From Armatimonadota bacterium (GTDB taxonomy: Bacteria > Armatimonadota > HRBIN16): a stretch of DNA of 64,000 nucleotides. A model generated the notes under the pieces. It worked only from the letters and a program-made list of their open reading frames with translations. It searched no databases and was not told the DNA's origin. The stretch spans positions 2,048,001-2,112,000 of the forward strand of contig OY781964.1 of the NCBI GenBank assembly GCA_963677485.1, read 5' to 3'. Positions 30,058 through 39,165 of the stretch are shown here, one piece after another. The translations under genes and the position numbers were made by a program. Position 1 is the stretch's first letter; the number at the start of each line of letters is the position of its first letter.

Positions 30058-31368
30058 CTACACGCCGTCACGCACCCACTGGCGGATCACGGCCGCCGCG
30101 CCGCCCTTCACCGGGTCGGCGTAATAGCCGCTGGTGGGCGGGTCGGTGAAGCCCCACACATCGATCAGCACACAGCCGTGCTGCCACATCGAGTTCATAA
30201 ACTCGCTCCAGCTTTCGGTGGTGTGCTGTTTGATAAAGTAGGTCTCAGCACAGGCAAATGCGTTGGCCTTTCGGTCCGCAGCCACCAGCTTACGATGCAG
30301 ATTGTGCAGGTCATACTCTGCGGTGGCGTTGGACAGCGTGAAGCCGGGCAGACTGTGCTTGTTCACCGATGCCCAGATCGGCGGCAGATGGGTGGAGGGC
30401 GTTTCCACCTTGCTGTCGATCCCGACCATGTGGGTGAACAACCGCTCTTTTGGCAGACCAACCCTGTTCGCCCACTGCGCCATTCTCGCGGAGTGACGCT
30501 GGATCACGCCAAACAGAATCTGGTTGCGCAACACCGGGATGGCCAGGTTCTTCTTGATCGCTTCCGCCCTCAGCCTGGCCTCAGAATAACCCATGAGGTG
30601 CAGGCTGTGGTAGCCGGTCTGGGCCATCTCCCACCGCTCCATCTGCCTCGGAACGGTTTCGTTGACGGCGGTGGGCGGCTTCGAGGGGTCCATCATATAC
30701 ACCGGCACACCGGGTTCGTAAGTGGGCACATGGGTTTCCCAGCCGATGGCCATACCGGCGAAGAGATACTCCCTGCCTGCCATTTTCAACCGCTCCAAAC
30801 GCCGGCGGACAGGCTTGGCCACGCCTTCCACCAGTTGCTTCTGGACGTATCGCTGGTAATCGCGGCTCTCAAAGCAGGGGATGGCGGGGTTTGCTCCCCA
30901 CACGCCCCAGTTGAACAAGAACCGCGGCAGTCTGGGTTTGGGTCGCTCCGGCGTGGGGAACTCCACCCATTCGCAAATCTCGGGTTTGTCGCGGAACCAG
31001 GCTGGGGTGTAATTCTGGTCATCGACCTGGAAGTATACCGGCATGTCATGCCGTTCCGCCCAGTCGAAGCCGTTATTGACCATCTGCTGCAGCTCGGTGA
31101 TGCTGGAGCCCAACAGGTAAGGTGATAAGCCAAACCCAACATGGTGATGGCCACCCGGGTGCTCGCTCCAAAACGCCTGTTTGATCTGCAGCACAGCCTT
31201 CTCCCAAGCGTCCGGGGGCACGTTGGTGAGTTGGCACACGATGTAGCGATCCGTGCCCAGCGGTGTGATCTGACACTGGCTGCACCCCGCGGGCACTTTG
31301 GCTGGATTGTTCAAGGCTTCCTCCGATACTGGGTATGTCTGTGGCTGCGTATACATATTGTATGCCAC
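30058..31368 (-). CDS. Hypothetical protein, possibly a glycoside-hydrolase-like TIM barrel
   Basis: 436-aa ORF with IGWET and ACAET possible catalytic Glu motifs, in a CAZyme context. Confidence 0.6.
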   Translation of the reverse strand: MAYNMYTQPQTYPVSEEALNNPAKVPAGCSQCQITPLGTDRYIVCQLTNVPPDAWEKAVLQIKQAFWSEHPGGHHHVGFGLSPYLLGSSITELQQMVNNGFDWAERHDMPVYFQVDDQNYTPAWFRDKPEICEWVEFPTPERPKPRLPRFLFNWGVWGANPAIPCFESRDYQRYVQKQLVEGVAKPVRRRLERLKMAGREYLFAGMAIGWETHVPTYEPGVPVYMMDPSKPPTAVNETVPRQMERWEMAQTGYHSLHLMGYSEARLRAEAIKKNLAIPVLRNQILFGVIQRHSARMAQWANRVGLPKERLFTHMVGIDSKVETPSTHLPPIWASVNKHSLPGFTLSNATAEYDLHNLHRKLVAADRKANAFACAETYFIKQHTTESWSEFMNSMWQHGCVLIDVWGFTDPPTSGYYADPVKGGAAAVIRQWVRDGV

Positions 31369-31398
31369 AGTTAGAAACTATATGCTAGCGTGGCCTAT

Positions 31399-31457
31399 GT
31401 CCGGGGCGGTCTGTGCGCAGGTTAGCGGTTGCAGAAGGTTCAAGACCGCGCCGGTCT
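31399..31457 (-). repeat. N30 inverted-repeat element, dispersed copy
   Basis: GTCCGGGGCGGTCT-N30-AGACCGCGCCGGTCT. Confidence 0.85.
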
Positions 31458-31590
31458 GGCGGATAGCCACATAGATTTATGTCGAGAAATTGACCGGCGC
31501 GGTCGATATCCGTCTCTGTCGCCTCTTGCGCCGGTGGCGGGACACCGTTATACTTATAGCGAACGGAACCCACATTTCTAAGGAGCCATC

Positions 31591-33600
31591 ATGAACAGCA
31601 TAGATAAGTTGCAGGGACTTCGGTTCCGCCAGATACACCTCGATTTCCACACCGCAGAGATGATCCCGGGCATCGGTGAGCAGTTTGATGCCGAGGAGTT
31701 CGCCGAGACGCTGCAAAAGGCCGGCGTGGACTCCATCACCTGCTTTGCCAGATGCCACCACGGATACATCTATTACCAGAACACCAAATTCCCTGCCAAA
31801 CACCCCAACTTGAGCTGTGACCTTCTGACCGAGCAGATCAAGGCCTGCCACAAGCGCGGCATCCGCGTGCCCATCTATGTGACGGTTGGCTGGGACGAAT
31901 ATATGGCGAAACGCCATCCTGAGTGGCTGCAGCGCGACGACCAAGGCAAGCCCATCTGGGCCGGCCCATTCAAAGACGGCTGGAAGTTCCTGTGCTACAA
32001 CACCGAATATATCGACTATGTAGTAGCCCAAACCGAAGAGGTTTTGGATGTCTACGGCAGCGAATGCGATGGTTTATTCTTTGATATCTGCCTGCAGATG
32101 CCCTGCTGCTGCTATAAATGCATCGCAGACATGCAGGCGAAAGGTCTGAAGCCCGAGAATGTGGCCGACCGCACCGCCTTCTCACGCGAAGTGATGAACA
32201 ACTTCAAAGCGCGCATGACCGCGGCGATCCGTGCCAAAAACAGCGAATGCACCATCTTCTACAACGCGGGTCATGTCGGCGCGGGGATGCGCGACAGCCT
32301 GGGCAACTACAGCCATCTGGAGCTGGAGTCGCTGCCCAGCGGAGGCTGGGGATATGAGCATTTCCCAACCACCGCGCGGTATGCGCGCAAGCTGGGCTTC
32401 GAGTTCCTGGGCATGACGGGCAAGTTCCACAAATCGTGGGCGGACTTCGGCGGGTTTAAGAACCATGCCGCGCTGCAGTATGAGTGCTTCCTGAGCATGG
32501 CGCTGGGTGGCAAAGTCTCCGTGGGCGACCAGCTACACCCGAACGGCAAGATCAACCAGGCTACCTACGAGTTGGTGGGCAGCGTATTCAACGAAATGGC
32601 CATCAAGGAGCCCTGGTGCGTGGGCGCGGAGTGGCTGACCGAGATCGCGGTGCTGAGCCCCGAGGCAGTCGATGGCGGACGGCGTTACGAGCTCACACAG
32701 TCCGCGATGGGGGCCAACCGCATCCTGACCGAAGCTCAGGCCCAGTTCGACTTTGTGGACTACGATATGGATCTCAGCCGATACAAGCTGCTGATCTGCC
32801 CCGACCTGATCCGCATGAACGAGCGTGAAGCGGGGGTCATCGACGCCTACGTGGCCGCTGGCGGTAAACTGCTGCTGACCGGTGAATCTGGCTTGGCGAT
32901 GGAAAGCTGCGAATCCCATCTGAAATGCCTGCCCGCCACTGTGAAAGGCACGGCCCCCTTCAGCCCCAACTACCTGAAAGTCGAACCATTGATCGGGCAG
33001 GGAGTGTATGATACCGAGCATATCATGTACGATGGCGGTTTGGAGCTTCAGCAAATAGAGGGCACCCAGGTTCTGGCTGCGGTGTGGAACCCCTACTTCA
33101 ACCGCAACTGGGAGCACTTCAGCTCACACGCGCAGACGCCTGCCGAAAAGCCTGCCGGGTATCCTGGGGCAGTGGCTTCCGGCAATGTGGCGATGATTGG
33201 ATACCCCGTCTTCAGCATGTACCGACAGCATGGCAACCGCTTCTACAAGCAGTTGGTTCACAACATCATCGAGCTGCTGGCGCCAAAATCCGACTGGCTG
33301 CTGCGTTCGAACCTTCCCACCAGCGCGGACATCACGCTGAACCGCCAGCCGGATGAGGACCGCTACGTGCTGCATCTGCTGCACTACCCGCACACCCGCA
33401 AGTGCGAGGCGATTGACGTGATCGAGGATGTGCTGCCGTTGTATGACGTGCAGATAGAGGTTAAGCTTCCCGCCGGTTACGACTGTGTCACCACAGCCCC
33501 CGAGGGTGTTGCCGTGCCGGCCGAGCGATGCGGCGATTACCTGCGCATCAGCCTGCCGAAGATGCTGGGCCACCAGATGCTGAGCATCAGCCGGAAATAA
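31591..33600 (+). CDS. Glycoside hydrolase-like protein (GHL6/alpha-fucosidase-like barrel plus beta-galactosidase trimerisation domain)
   Basis: RQIHLDFHT, ITCFARCHHG, DGLFFD, ELESLPSGGWGY, GKFHKSWADFGG, GDQLHP. Confidence 0.8.
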   Translation: MNSIDKLQGLRFRQIHLDFHTAEMIPGIGEQFDAEEFAETLQKAGVDSITCFARCHHGYIYYQNTKFPAKHPNLSCDLLTEQIKACHKRGIRVPIYVTVGWDEYMAKRHPEWLQRDDQGKPIWAGPFKDGWKFLCYNTEYIDYVVAQTEEVLDVYGSECDGLFFDICLQMPCCCYKCIADMQAKGLKPENVADRTAFSREVMNNFKARMTAAIRAKNSECTIFYNAGHVGAGMRDSLGNYSHLELESLPSGGWGYEHFPTTARYARKLGFEFLGMTGKFHKSWADFGGFKNHAALQYECFLSMALGGKVSVGDQLHPNGKINQATYELVGSVFNEMAIKEPWCVGAEWLTEIAVLSPEAVDGGRRYELTQSAMGANRILTEAQAQFDFVDYDMDLSRYKLLICPDLIRMNEREAGVIDAYVAAGGKLLLTGESGLAMESCESHLKCLPATVKGTAPFSPNYLKVEPLIGQGVYDTEHIMYDGGLELQQIEGTQVLAAVWNPYFNRNWEHFSSHAQTPAEKPAGYPGAVASGNVAMIGYPVFSMYRQHGNRFYKQLVHNIIELLAPKSDWLLRSNLPTSADITLNRQPDEDRYVLHLLHYPHTRKCEAIDVIEDVLPLYDVQIEVKLPAGYDCVTTAPEGVAVPAERCGDYLRISLPKMLGHQMLSISRK

Positions 33601-33604
33601 TCGT

Positions 33605-33671
33605 GTAGGGGCATCGCGTGCGGTGCCCCATAGACATTCCGTCGCAAGGGCACGGCACGCCATGCCCCTAC
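33605..33671. repeat. GTAG-type REP doublet
   Basis: GTAGGGGCATCGCGTGCGGTGCCC...GGGCACGGCACGCCATGCCCCTAC. Confidence 0.8.
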
Positions 33672-33697
33672 GTTATTACCCCACAGGAGACCACAAC

Positions 33698-34069
33698 ATG
33701 CAGTTCATGGGCCCTTGCCTTCTCAGTTCACAGGTGCGTAAGATGACCGAATTCTACACAATGCTGCTCCAAACCACGGCGGAGGGCGATGATGTCCATG
33801 CCGCCATCAACACGCACAGTGCCGCACTTTCCATTTATAACCCGAATAGCGGTGAACCGAACCAGTGGTCAACCGAAGGCTCAGACGGTCGGCGGAAATT
33901 CACCCTCGGCATCCGATGTGACGACGTGGACGCGGAGTATCAACGGCTGACAGCGCTGGGTGTCGAAGTGCTCGCTCCGCCTGAGACCCACCCCTGGGGC
34001 TGGCGTTCGATGAGCCTGCTGGACCCCGACGGCAACATGATCGACGTCGCCTGCCCGGCGATGGTGTAG
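33698..34069 (+). CDS. VOC/glyoxalase family protein
   Basis: DDVDAEYQRL, PWGWRS..LDPDGN. AGGAG RBS before ATG 33698. Confidence 0.88.
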   Translation: MQFMGPCLLSSQVRKMTEFYTMLLQTTAEGDDVHAAINTHSAALSIYNPNSGEPNQWSTEGSDGRRKFTLGIRCDDVDAEYQRLTALGVEVLAPPETHPWGWRSMSLLDPDGNMIDVACPAMV

Positions 34070-34105
34070 GCAGTTGGCTCTTTTCCTGACACCAGTCCTA
34101 TGCAT

Positions 34106-34160
34106 GTCCGGGCGGTCTACAGCCGTCCGTAGCAACTAGCCTACGCACAGACCGCGCAGG
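34106..34160 (-). repeat. N30 inverted-repeat element, degenerate copy
   Basis: GTCCGGGCGGTCT-N30-AGACCGCGCAGG. Confidence 0.7.
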
Positions 34161-34171
34161 ACACAACAGCT

Positions 34172-37100
34172 TTATGGTTGTCGTAGCAACAGCGACGGCG
34201 CGCTGATCAAGCCATGAGGCACCAGCATGTAGCGGTCCACCCAGTCCTCGTGGCTGCAGAAAGCCTGGGGAGCGGCGGCGTAGATCTCACCAGCCCTGTT
34301 GTGCAGCGGGCCCATCAGGTTGCGCGGGCTGTTGAACAGCTCCACACAGATGCTGTTCTGCCCTGATACCAGCTTGTCGGTAACATCCAGCTCGTAAGGT
34401 GCCCACGGCAGCTCACCAGCAGGCTGACCATTGATGCTGGCAATGGCCAGTGGCGCCTCATAGGCCCCCAGCTTCAGCAGCAGTTTACCGCAGCAGGGCT
34501 TATCCAGCAATACCTCCCAGGTGTATTTCACGCTGCCGCAATAAAAGGGCAGCCCCTGGCTGGTCCAATCCTGCAGGCTCAGCTCAGTGGGGGATGGCAC
34601 GATCACGGCTTGACTGTTGTCATGGCGCAGCTCCACGCCGAAATGCCCCAGCAGGATCAACGGCTCCAGCGTGGTGCCCTCCACAAAGTGCATCTTCTGA
34701 ATGATGGTGTTGCTGCCCTTCTTGAGGCTGCCGGTGATGTTCAGTTTGCGCAGGCCGATGTCCATCCACCAGCCCTCTTCCACCTTGATGACCGGGCGGC
34801 CGTTGATCTCAAACTCGCTTTGGTCGGGCTTTTCCACCAGCATGGTGATGGGAATCTCAGCCAGGTCGATCTCACTTTCAAACCGGTAAACCAGCTCGAT
34901 GTCCAGCTCCCTAACGGGCCGTGTGCTGTCTTTGGCGATTTTCCACAGGCTGATCCCGCCGTTGTTCAGGTCGGTGCTGATCTCAAGGTGCCTCGCCACA
35001 TCCTCGGTGCAGAACAGCACAGGTTTTGGCCCTACACTGGTCTCGCCAGGTATAATCAGTGTCGCGAAATCCAACGGCAGCGCGTTGGGCTGTGTCAACT
35101 CGATCTTCGGAGCATCGCTCATGACTATCAGCGTCTGGGCCTCTGCGGGAGCAACAGCCGGGGTGCTGACCGCATTGGGATCGATCACCAGCATGTAGGA
35201 CTGCACGATGCCGAAGGGCAGCGTGATATGGAAATAACCATCTTGATGGGTGTACGCTACCGGCTCGATTTCGCCGCTCTGCAGGTTCCAGAGTCCGAGG
35301 CTCCCTTCGCCAGCCAGCGTGATCTGCACATCACCCGGCGCTTCGGTCAACGAGCGGTTGACCAGGTAAGTAGCCAGTCGACCGTCATCGAGTGCCGTCT
35401 GACGTGCGAGTATCACCGGGCAGTTGGCGCCGTTCTGCGTGGCACTGACCCGCTCCAGAAGAGCCTCATCCACGGTCTGCTGCAGCGCCTCGCGGTTGTT
35501 TTCGATGCAGATACAGTTGGCATGACTCCAGAGCGCACTGAGGTCAGACGCATTGCCATTCACCATCACCGGCTTCTCGCCCGCGCAGATCAGCTTCCCG
35601 CCGGCATCCATCCACTGGCTCAGCAGCTCCACGGTGCTGTCAGCCAGGGTGAGCGCCGGGGGCAGTATCACCAGCTTGTAGCTGACCAGGTTGATCTGGA
35701 ACAGGCCATCCTGTACCTTGCCGTGACGGGCCATCAGCATCTCGTCACCGTAGTCGTGGTCACGCTGCATCTGCCCCAGCCATTCGCTGATCTGCACCAT
35801 CTGCTGGCCGTAGCGGTCACACGCAGCCTGGTCGTCCGGGGTCCAGGTGGCCCATCCGCTGCCGATGGTGTGGATCACCAGCAGATCGTTGCTCACTTCA
35901 CCACTCTGCGCGATCAGGTTCACTCGCGCCATATAGTCGCTCATGAAGCTGTAGTGTTTCCACCAGGGCTGCTGGTAGAAGAAGCTGGGTGGCCAGTCGC
36001 GCTTGCGGCCTCCCCACAGGCTGTAATAGGACAGGTGCTGGTTCATGTAGGTCACGCCGTGCACAAACAGCCAGTCGGCAATCCACTTCTGCTCCACAAA
36101 ACTGAGGTTCCAGCCGCTGCCCCCGAAGCTCTCGCTGAGGATGCGCCGGCGACCGAACTGGTGCGCCCCCGAGCTTGTCTGACGGGGCAGCAGCGGATCC
36201 GACTGCCGGCGGCAGATCAGGTCGATGCCGGGTGACTGCATGTATTCGTAGTGCGGCATGGCAGCCCCGATGGCGAAAATCTGGCTGCTGAAGCTGTCTT
36301 CCGCCATGAAGTGGCCGGTCATGTCGCAGTGATGCCGCTCGCACCACTGGCCAATCTGCTTGGTGAAGTGGTCCACAAACATCTGCGTGACGCACAGCCG
36401 GTAGTTATACCGGTGGTGTTCACCGCCCAGAGTGGGGAATAACAGCGCGGGCAGCGTCTCGACGAGGGGGTAGCCATACATCCGCTCAAACAAGGCGGGC
36501 ATGACCTCGGTATAGGGCACCCCGCGGAAGGTGTTGCCCATCTCGGGGTTGCTCATGTAGTACTGAGGTTCATCGGTGAAAACACCCTTCACTGTCTCAC
36601 CCAGATCGTCCCCAATCTCTCGGGCATAGGCATCATAGGTATGGTGGATGAAGTCCTGCACAGCGGATTCGCTGATGGTGTCCAAGTAGCTCTCTCCGTT
36701 GCACCAGTCCGATTTGGGCTGGTAGTGCCAGTCGAAGCGGATCAGCTCGCGACCGGATTTCGCGCTGCCGCCTGCCTCAAGCTGCCAGTCGGTGAGGGTC
36801 CCGTCATGCTTGCGCACGGCCGAATAGTAAGCCAGCAGACCGCCCTCATCTCCTGGCTCAGGTGCGTCGGCGGGACTCCAGATGATCAGCTTCATGCGGT
36901 TGGCGGGCTTCATGGCGGGCACATCACCCCCGGCAAAGCCGCTTGGCCAGCGATCCTCATCATACAGCCAGGCGAGAAGCCCCAGCTCCTTCGCTCGGGC
37001 AACGCACGCTTTCGTGAGATCCATCCACTCTTCGCTCATGTATTCGGTGAGCAGCCCGGTTCGGCTGTGGATGATAAAGCCGCCCATGCCCGCTTGCACC

Positions 37101-37213
37101 ATCTCGTCGATCTGGCGCATCAGCTCGTTCTGCTCCAGCTTGTCGTTCCAGCTCCAAAACGGAACCCCGCGGTACTCGTTTTGGGGGTTCTTGAAAGAGT
37201 GTTCCAGGTTCAT
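34172..37213 (-). CDS. GH106-like glycoside hydrolase (alpha-L-rhamnosidase-like)
   Basis: PFWSWND, GMGGFIIHSRTGL, WLYDEDRWPSGFAGG, FTDEP, PGIDL, SESFG, RKRDWPPS. Confidence 0.8.
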   Translation of the reverse strand: MNLEHSFKNPQNEYRGVPFWSWNDKLEQNELMRQIDEMVQAGMGGFIIHSRTGLLTEYMSEEWMDLTKACVARAKELGLLAWLYDEDRWPSGFAGGDVPAMKPANRMKLIIWSPADAPEPGDEGGLLAYYSAVRKHDGTLTDWQLEAGGSAKSGRELIRFDWHYQPKSDWCNGESYLDTISESAVQDFIHHTYDAYAREIGDDLGETVKGVFTDEPQYYMSNPEMGNTFRGVPYTEVMPALFERMYGYPLVETLPALLFPTLGGEHHRYNYRLCVTQMFVDHFTKQIGQWCERHHCDMTGHFMAEDSFSSQIFAIGAAMPHYEYMQSPGIDLICRRQSDPLLPRQTSSGAHQFGRRRILSESFGGSGWNLSFVEQKWIADWLFVHGVTYMNQHLSYYSLWGGRKRDWPPSFFYQQPWWKHYSFMSDYMARVNLIAQSGEVSNDLLVIHTIGSGWATWTPDDQAACDRYGQQMVQISEWLGQMQRDHDYGDEMLMARHGKVQDGLFQINLVSYKLVILPPALTLADSTVELLSQWMDAGGKLICAGEKPVMVNGNASDLSALWSHANCICIENNREALQQTVDEALLERVSATQNGANCPVILARQTALDDGRLATYLVNRSLTEAPGDVQITLAGEGSLGLWNLQSGEIEPVAYTHQDGYFHITLPFGIVQSYMLVIDPNAVSTPAVAPAEAQTLIVMSDAPKIELTQPNALPLDFATLIIPGETSVGPKPVLFCTEDVARHLEISTDLNNGGISLWKIAKDSTRPVRELDIELVYRFESEIDLAEIPITMLVEKPDQSEFEINGRPVIKVEEGWWMDIGLRKLNITGSLKKGSNTIIQKMHFVEGTTLEPLILLGHFGVELRHDNSQAVIVPSPTELSLQDWTSQGLPFYCGSVKYTWEVLLDKPCCGKLLLKLGAYEAPLAIASINGQPAGELPWAPYELDVTDKLVSGQNSICVELFNSPRNLMGPLHNRAGEIYAAAPQAFCSHEDWVDRYMLVPHGLISAPSLLLRQP

Positions 37214-37480
37214 TGATGACTATCCTCCACGAAGCTATAGTAGCAAATCCACGGCGTCACGGGTCAATTTTACCCGTTAGGAAGGCCGATGGTGGTGTCA
37301 ACAAGTGTCCGTTTGGGCGATTGGCGCGGATAGAGTGCGGATTGTTTGGTGATTGCGGGCAATAGGCACAATGAGGGGTGAATAGAAGGAGATGGGAGAA
37401 ACAAGAAAGGAGGTGTACGGCCCGCTCCAGAGCCTATGGCAGCCTGTATTGTCACAGATGAGATCTCCTAAATCGCCTAA

Positions 37481-37586
37481 GTCCGGGGCGGTCTGACGGT
37501 ACGCTCATGATGCCGACCGACTCAAGACCGCGCCGGTCTTGTTCCGACACCTATCTTGCCAGGCTGTCCGCCAGACCGCCCCGGAC
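37481..37586. repeat. N30 inverted-repeat element with an extra arm
   Basis: GTCCGGGGCGGTCT-N30-AGACCGCGCCGGTCT-N33-AGACCGCCCCGGAC. Confidence 0.85.
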
Positions 37587-37633
37587 TTAGGCAACCCTTG
37601 CTCGCCTCACTCCGACTTCTCCATCCATTCCAG

Positions 37634-38554
37634 CTACCCCGCGTTGCCGCCCATCGCGGTCTGTACCGCCTGAAGAAGATCCTGCGGTTGGTTGCTGCCG
37701 ATCAGCACTGGCATCCCCTTCGTCGGAGTGATGAGCACCCCCTGGTTACCCTCGAAAAAGAAGCCCTTCCTCGAGCGTGAGAAGCGGATACCCCATCCTC
37801 CGAAGTCGCGTAATGGATTGAAGTGCGCCACTTCGGCACTGATGATCTGGTCGGGTGACAGCTCCAGCAGCTTCCAGTTGAACATCCCCAGCCGCACGCT
37901 GATCTTGTTGGGACTGACGCTCACACGCATCCCGTTCCAGATACTGAGCAGCAGACCGATGATCGCAATGAGCATAACGGCCACGCCTATATGACCACTT
38001 TGGGCACTAGCGGTCGACAGGTATATATAGTAGACCGACACCACAACGACGATGGCGTTTATATACGGTGGGTTTTGCCGTTGGTAGAACAGCCAGTTTG
38101 CACCTGGTTTGACAGCCAACGGGCTGGAAGTCCTCAACTCCTCCACCAATGGCTCCGCACGGTAAGGACGCAGCGCCTCTACCAGGCATCCGGCTACAAC
38201 CGCCCCGCCCGCTACCATCCAGCTCAGTTCCGACGCGGTATATGAGGTTGTCCGCCAGAACACGCTACCGAATAGCAGTGCGATGCTGATTTCATCAAAC
38301 AGGCTCATCCAGTTGAAGCTCTTCCGAGGCTGCTCATTCTTCGCCCAGGATTCATCGAAGAACATGGACATCACCAGATAGAGAACAGCCAGGAGTATAA
38401 CACCGCCCAGAACCCCGGCTGCAGGGGCAGACCCGGTACCGTGCTTAAGGTTAATCGGTAGTCGATCAGGGATACTTTGACCGCTAACTCGCCATACCAT
38501 CATGCCGATCAGCACGACGGCTGGTGTATGTGTCCATAACGGATGGTATTTCAT
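37634..38554 (-). CDS. Membrane protein with C-terminal bacterial PH-like region
   Basis: About 6 TM segments and a PLRDFGGWGIR motif. Coupled to the GntR gene. Confidence 0.7.
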   Translation of the reverse strand: MKYHPLWTHTPAVVLIGMMVWRVSGQSIPDRLPINLKHGTGSAPAAGVLGGVILLAVLYLVMSMFFDESWAKNEQPRKSFNWMSLFDEISIALLFGSVFWRTTSYTASELSWMVAGGAVVAGCLVEALRPYRAEPLVEELRTSSPLAVKPGANWLFYQRQNPPYINAIVVVVSVYYIYLSTASAQSGHIGVAVMLIAIIGLLLSIWNGMRVSVSPNKISVRLGMFNWKLLELSPDQIISAEVAHFNPLRDFGGWGIRFSRSRKGFFFEGNQGVLITPTKGMPVLIGSNQPQDLLQAVQTAMGGNAG

Positions 38555-38934
38555 TGTTTGTCCTCCTGCAGTATGCTCTGCAGCATCTGCACAAGCTGAT
38601 CGGGGTTGATGCCGAGATGGTAAGCCTCGGCCACCGCGTCGCGCAGGGGCTGTTCCACTCGCAGTATCACCTGCCTGTGGTCAGCGGGTTCATCTGTGTG
38701 TTTGGCAATACGGGCACGCTGGCCAAGCCGCAGTGTGATGACCCCTTGTTCCTTCAGCCTGGTATAGGCCTTGTGTACCGTCAGATGGTTGATACCCAGG
38801 TGCTCTGCCACCTCACGCACGCTGGGCAGCTCCTCACCGGGGCTCATCTGCCCCAGCCGCACCTGCTGTTTGATGCAGGAGATGATCTGCTGGTAGACCG
38901 GTCTGGTGTCATCAGGGTCGAGTGAGATTATCAT
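38551..38934 (-). CDS. GntR family regulator (YtrA subfamily)
   Basis: PVYQQI, LPSVREVAEHLGINHLTVHKAY. 127 aa with AGGAGG RBS. Confidence 0.92.
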   Translation of the reverse strand: MIISLDPDDTRPVYQQIISCIKQQVRLGQMSPGEELPSVREVAEHLGINHLTVHKAYTRLKEQGVITLRLGQRARIAKHTDEPADHRQVILRVEQPLRDAVAEAYHLGINPDQLVQMLQSILQEDKQ

Positions 38935-38949
38935 AGCCTCACCTCCTGT

Positions 38950-38988
38950 CTACCGTTATACCATATATACAACAGATATAACAATAGC
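38950..38988. promoter_or_regulatory. Candidate GntR autoregulatory operator
   Basis: Imperfect inverted repeat CTACCGTTATA...TATAACAATAG just upstream of the RBS. Confidence 0.4.
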
Positions 38989-39060
38989 TAGCACCTAATG
39001 CAGCACAAGCCGTCCGCCACGCGCTAAAGCAGACTGTAAGCGTCCAATCCAGCTCATACC

Positions 39061-39100
39061 AAAAACGGCCGACGCGGGAGGTTAGCCGCGTCGGCCGGTT
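39061..39100 (-). terminator. Intrinsic terminator
   Basis: CGGCCGACGCGG-loop-CCGCGTCGGCCG-TTTTT on the minus strand. Confidence 0.8.
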
Positions 39101-39165
39101 ATCACGTCACAGCAAAGTACGATAGTCCTGCGTGGCTGGTGGACACCCGTACTAGAAATCCAGAA

